Assembly (NCBI GenBank): GCA_023247725.1
Contig: JAHFFW010000008.1
Coordinates: 7,359 to 71,358, forward strand
DNA length: 64,000 nt
From: Candidatus Omnitrophota bacterium
GTDB lineage: Bacteria > Omnitrophota > Gorgyraeia > Zapsychrales > JAHFFX01
Reading direction: 5' to 3'
Part shown: positions 61,891 to 64,000 of the stretch, in pieces
How the letters are laid out: every line of letters begins with the position of its first letter
Numbering within the stretch: the first letter of the stretch is position 1
Translations under genes and position numbers: made by a program
The notes under the pieces: model-generated
The model's database searches: none
Told to the model about the DNA's origin: nothing
What the model saw: only the letters and a program-made list of their open reading frames with translations

Positions 61891-62104
61891 GGAGTTTATC
61901 CAACAGCAAGAATTGTGTTGATTACTCTGAAGAGAAATAGATGAATGTCATGATCATTCATCTCACAAATGAGATGGACACCTAAAAGATGGTTTCATAA
62001 ATGATTGATATGAATAAGGTTGAAAATCGTATTTTTATTGAGACCTACGGATGACCGTTGGTGCAAGTACCGTACGACGATTTTAGGGATTTTGAAGAGG
62101 ATAA

Positions 62105-64000
62105 ATGGCTATGGATAAAAGAGTTGTAAAAAAACAAATAATTTTGAGTGGGATTTTGGTTATGCTCTATTTATTGGCCTCTATCCATCCCGCCAATGCC
62201 CAACCTCAACAAAAAACCGTTGATGAGTTATTAACTCTTCAAGGACAAGAATTTTACCGACAAGCCAACCAGTTTGCTTCCCAATGTTTATGGCAGGAAT
62301 GTACCGGCCGTTTGCCGGAATTTTGGCGCCTTTTGGATCATCTCGAACAACAGACTGATAAAGATGAAAGTATTGAAAGCCTCTTAGCCACCCAGTACTT
62401 GGCCTCGGCAATTTTAAAATACGGTGGTAACGAAGATTATCAAAAACTTTTAGCCCTTTACGATACAGTTTCGTCCGAATCTCGTCGTCAGTCGCCATTT
62501 ATAGATTCGCTCAGTGCTTTTTGGATCAAGCAAGAGTTAACGAAAGTATTCAGTGAAGAAAGACCTAAGAAAATCACTTTTGTCAAAGGTAATTTTACAC
62601 TGCCGCCACAATTAGCTAATGCCAGTGAAGAATTAAAAAATACTTGGATGATGTATAAAGAAGTCATAACGACGTACGAAAATAAATTGGAAACTTATAA
62701 AGATAAAAAATGGATATACACACAAAACAGTTGGCCGGTTTTTTATGGAGTGATTGCAGATTTTCTCCATGATAAGAAAGAAAATGCTATAGGAAAGATG
62801 ACGCAGTTTGAATGGGGCGGTTGGTGCGGGACTGGAAGCGATACATTGTTTACTCCGAAGACGCGTACCATTTGGATGGCATTTTTAAAAGAGCGTAATT
62901 ATCCTTTGGCCTTGGGCGCGCTTTTATCCTACATGAATCAAGGGAGCAGAATGATGCTCAATGCCGATCAAGATTTTCTTTGGCAGAAGCAATTCATTGA
63001 ATGGTGTTGTTTCAACTGGGAAACACTTTTGGTGGGAGCGGTGTTAGACGGTCGTGCCGAATATCTTCGATTTTTGGGAACGTATGGTTCTCAAAAGACA
63101 GCGCAGTATTTAAGTTTGATGGGGGCGCTACCGATGGATAGTTGGACTAAAGAGACGTATTTGCGATCGGTAGCGGCTTTTATTACGCCGGGATGTCTAG
63201 TCGGTAATTACGGAACGGCCAGTTCTGCCGATATCACTCGTCAAGCCAAGAATGAAATTCCTCAAGAAACACAAAAGAAACTTTTGGATATTTTAACCTC
63301 GCCAGTCAACCCCGATATTGATAGCAATATGATGGATACAGTCAGTCACCTTTTAACTCCACTGTGTCGTCCGGAGACAAAAGAGTCGCTTAAAAAAATT
63401 TTACAATCACCGTATACTGAACCGCGCAAACGCGCAGTTATTGCTTTAGAGGCATTAGGCGAAAAGGTTGAGATTCCGATAGATCCCGGCCCTGTCCATT
63501 TTCGTCTGCTCGTTAATGGCACACCTTTAGCTAACCAAGATGTGGAATGGACGCTTGAACAAAAAGACCAGCAAGTGAGTAGTTCTGTTCACACGGATGA
63601 GAATGGTCAATTTAGTTTGCAAAGGAATTACTTGGTCGATCCAACCAGAAACTGGAAATTGATTGTTTCCTCTGGCCGCAACATGAAGAATATAAGGGAT
63701 GTATTCTTTAATTTCAAATCCGATTTACCGAAAAATTTTGACAAACCGATTGATATCCCACTCAAAACATCGGCGCTGACCTTAAGCCTTCATTTAAATC
63801 ATCCAGATGATTATTACAAAGATAAGCAGATGGGGATTCGCCTTCATTATAATGGCCCGGGTGGAGGAGGATTAGTCTATTTTCAGGCCGTTGGTGAAGA
63901 ATTTAAATTGCCTGTTACTTCAAAAATCACATTTCCACGTTTGGTATCTGGCGAATACTACATCACAATCTTCGTTCCCGGTTCAGCAATGTGGGCTCAA
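62105..64000 (+). CDS. Large secreted hypothetical protein (5' partial view, over 630 aa, continues beyond the window)
   Basis: 632 codons with no stop, from ATG 62105 to the window end. Signal peptide MAMDKRVVKKQIILSGILVMLYLLASIHPANAQ. About 38 % GC. It is absent from the ORF track only because the window contains no stop codon. Confidence 0.6.
   Translation, partial: MAMDKRVVKKQIILSGILVMLYLLASIHPANAQPQQKTVDELLTLQGQEFYRQANQFASQCLWQECTGRLPEFWRLLDHLEQQTDKDESIESLLATQYLASAILKYGGNEDYQKLLALYDTVSSESRRQSPFIDSLSAFWIKQELTKVFSEERPKKITFVKGNFTLPPQLANASEELKNTWMMYKEVITTYENKLETYKDKKWIYTQNSWPVFYGVIADFLHDKKENAIGKMTQFEWGGWCGTGSDTLFTPKTRTIWMAFLKERNYPLALGALLSYMNQGSRMMLNADQDFLWQKQFIEWCCFNWETLLVGAVLDGRAEYLRFLGTYGSQKTAQYLSLMGALPMDSWTKETYLRSVAAFITPGCLVGNYGTASSADITRQAKNEIPQETQKKLLDILTSPVNPDIDSNMMDTVSHLLTPLCRPETKESLKKILQSPYTEPRKRAVIALEALGEKVEIPIDPGPVHFRLLVNGTPLANQDVEWTLEQKDQQVSSSVHTDENGQFSLQRNYLVDPTRNWKLIVSSGRNMKNIRDVFFNFKSDLPKNFDKPIDIPLKTSALTLSLHLNHPDDYYKDKQMGIRLHYNGPGGGGLVYFQAVGEEFKLPVTSKITFPRLVSGEYYITIFVPGSAMWAQ

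Overview
The window is 64 kb of a Gram-negative (diderm) bacterial chromosome. It is densely packed and every credible gene lies on the + strand. All long minus-strand ORFs in the track overlap a recognisable + strand gene and are treated as shadow ORFs. I found no rRNA or tRNA genes and no CRISPR array.

Positions 1-7800 carry a contiguous LPS inner-core cluster: two GT9 heptosyltransferases, a heptose-7-P kinase, kdsB-kdsA-kdsD-kdsC, an LptC/A-like gene and lptB. Positions 7900-51700 hold housekeeping genes. These include tig (lacking the PPIase domain), clpP, serC-like/serA, purA, a Pal-like lipoprotein, uppS-cdsA-dxr-rseP, an orphan CpaF-like ATPase, a minimal ProRS, rimP-nusA-infB, trpS, scpA, ruvB, a SpoIID-like gene, queA-(TPR)-tgt, trmD-rplS-rnhB-yraN, a cyclodeaminase-like gene plus folD, polA, glgA, coaE, rho-rpmE-prfA-prmC and murA.

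From about 51.9 kb to the window end the composition drops to roughly 38-45 % GC. This looks like an accessory or defence island. It contains a GC-rich short chlorite-dismutase-like gene and an AT-rich spacer with a consensus sigma70 promoter and operator-like palindromes. It also contains an AbiEi/AbiEii pair, a 51-aa RadC N-terminal remnant and a translationally coupled Type I R-M operon, hsdM-[unknown 321-aa gene]-hsdS-hsdR. The HsdR carries a tandem Cys4 knuckle insertion. Beyond that lie a second small regulator remnant, a DUF3592-like membrane protein with acidic repeats and a large low-GC secreted protein that runs off the window.

Three signals seem most worth following up. The first is the unknown gene embedded between hsdM and hsdS, which is a candidate novel defence effector. 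The second is a ~75-nt promoter/leader element conserved at 87 % between two unlinked genes (the Pal-like lipoprotein and ruvB); it carries a TTGCT-N4-AGCAA palindrome. The third is a telomere-like (TTAGGG-type) G-rich ~27-bp stem hairpin between lptB and tig.
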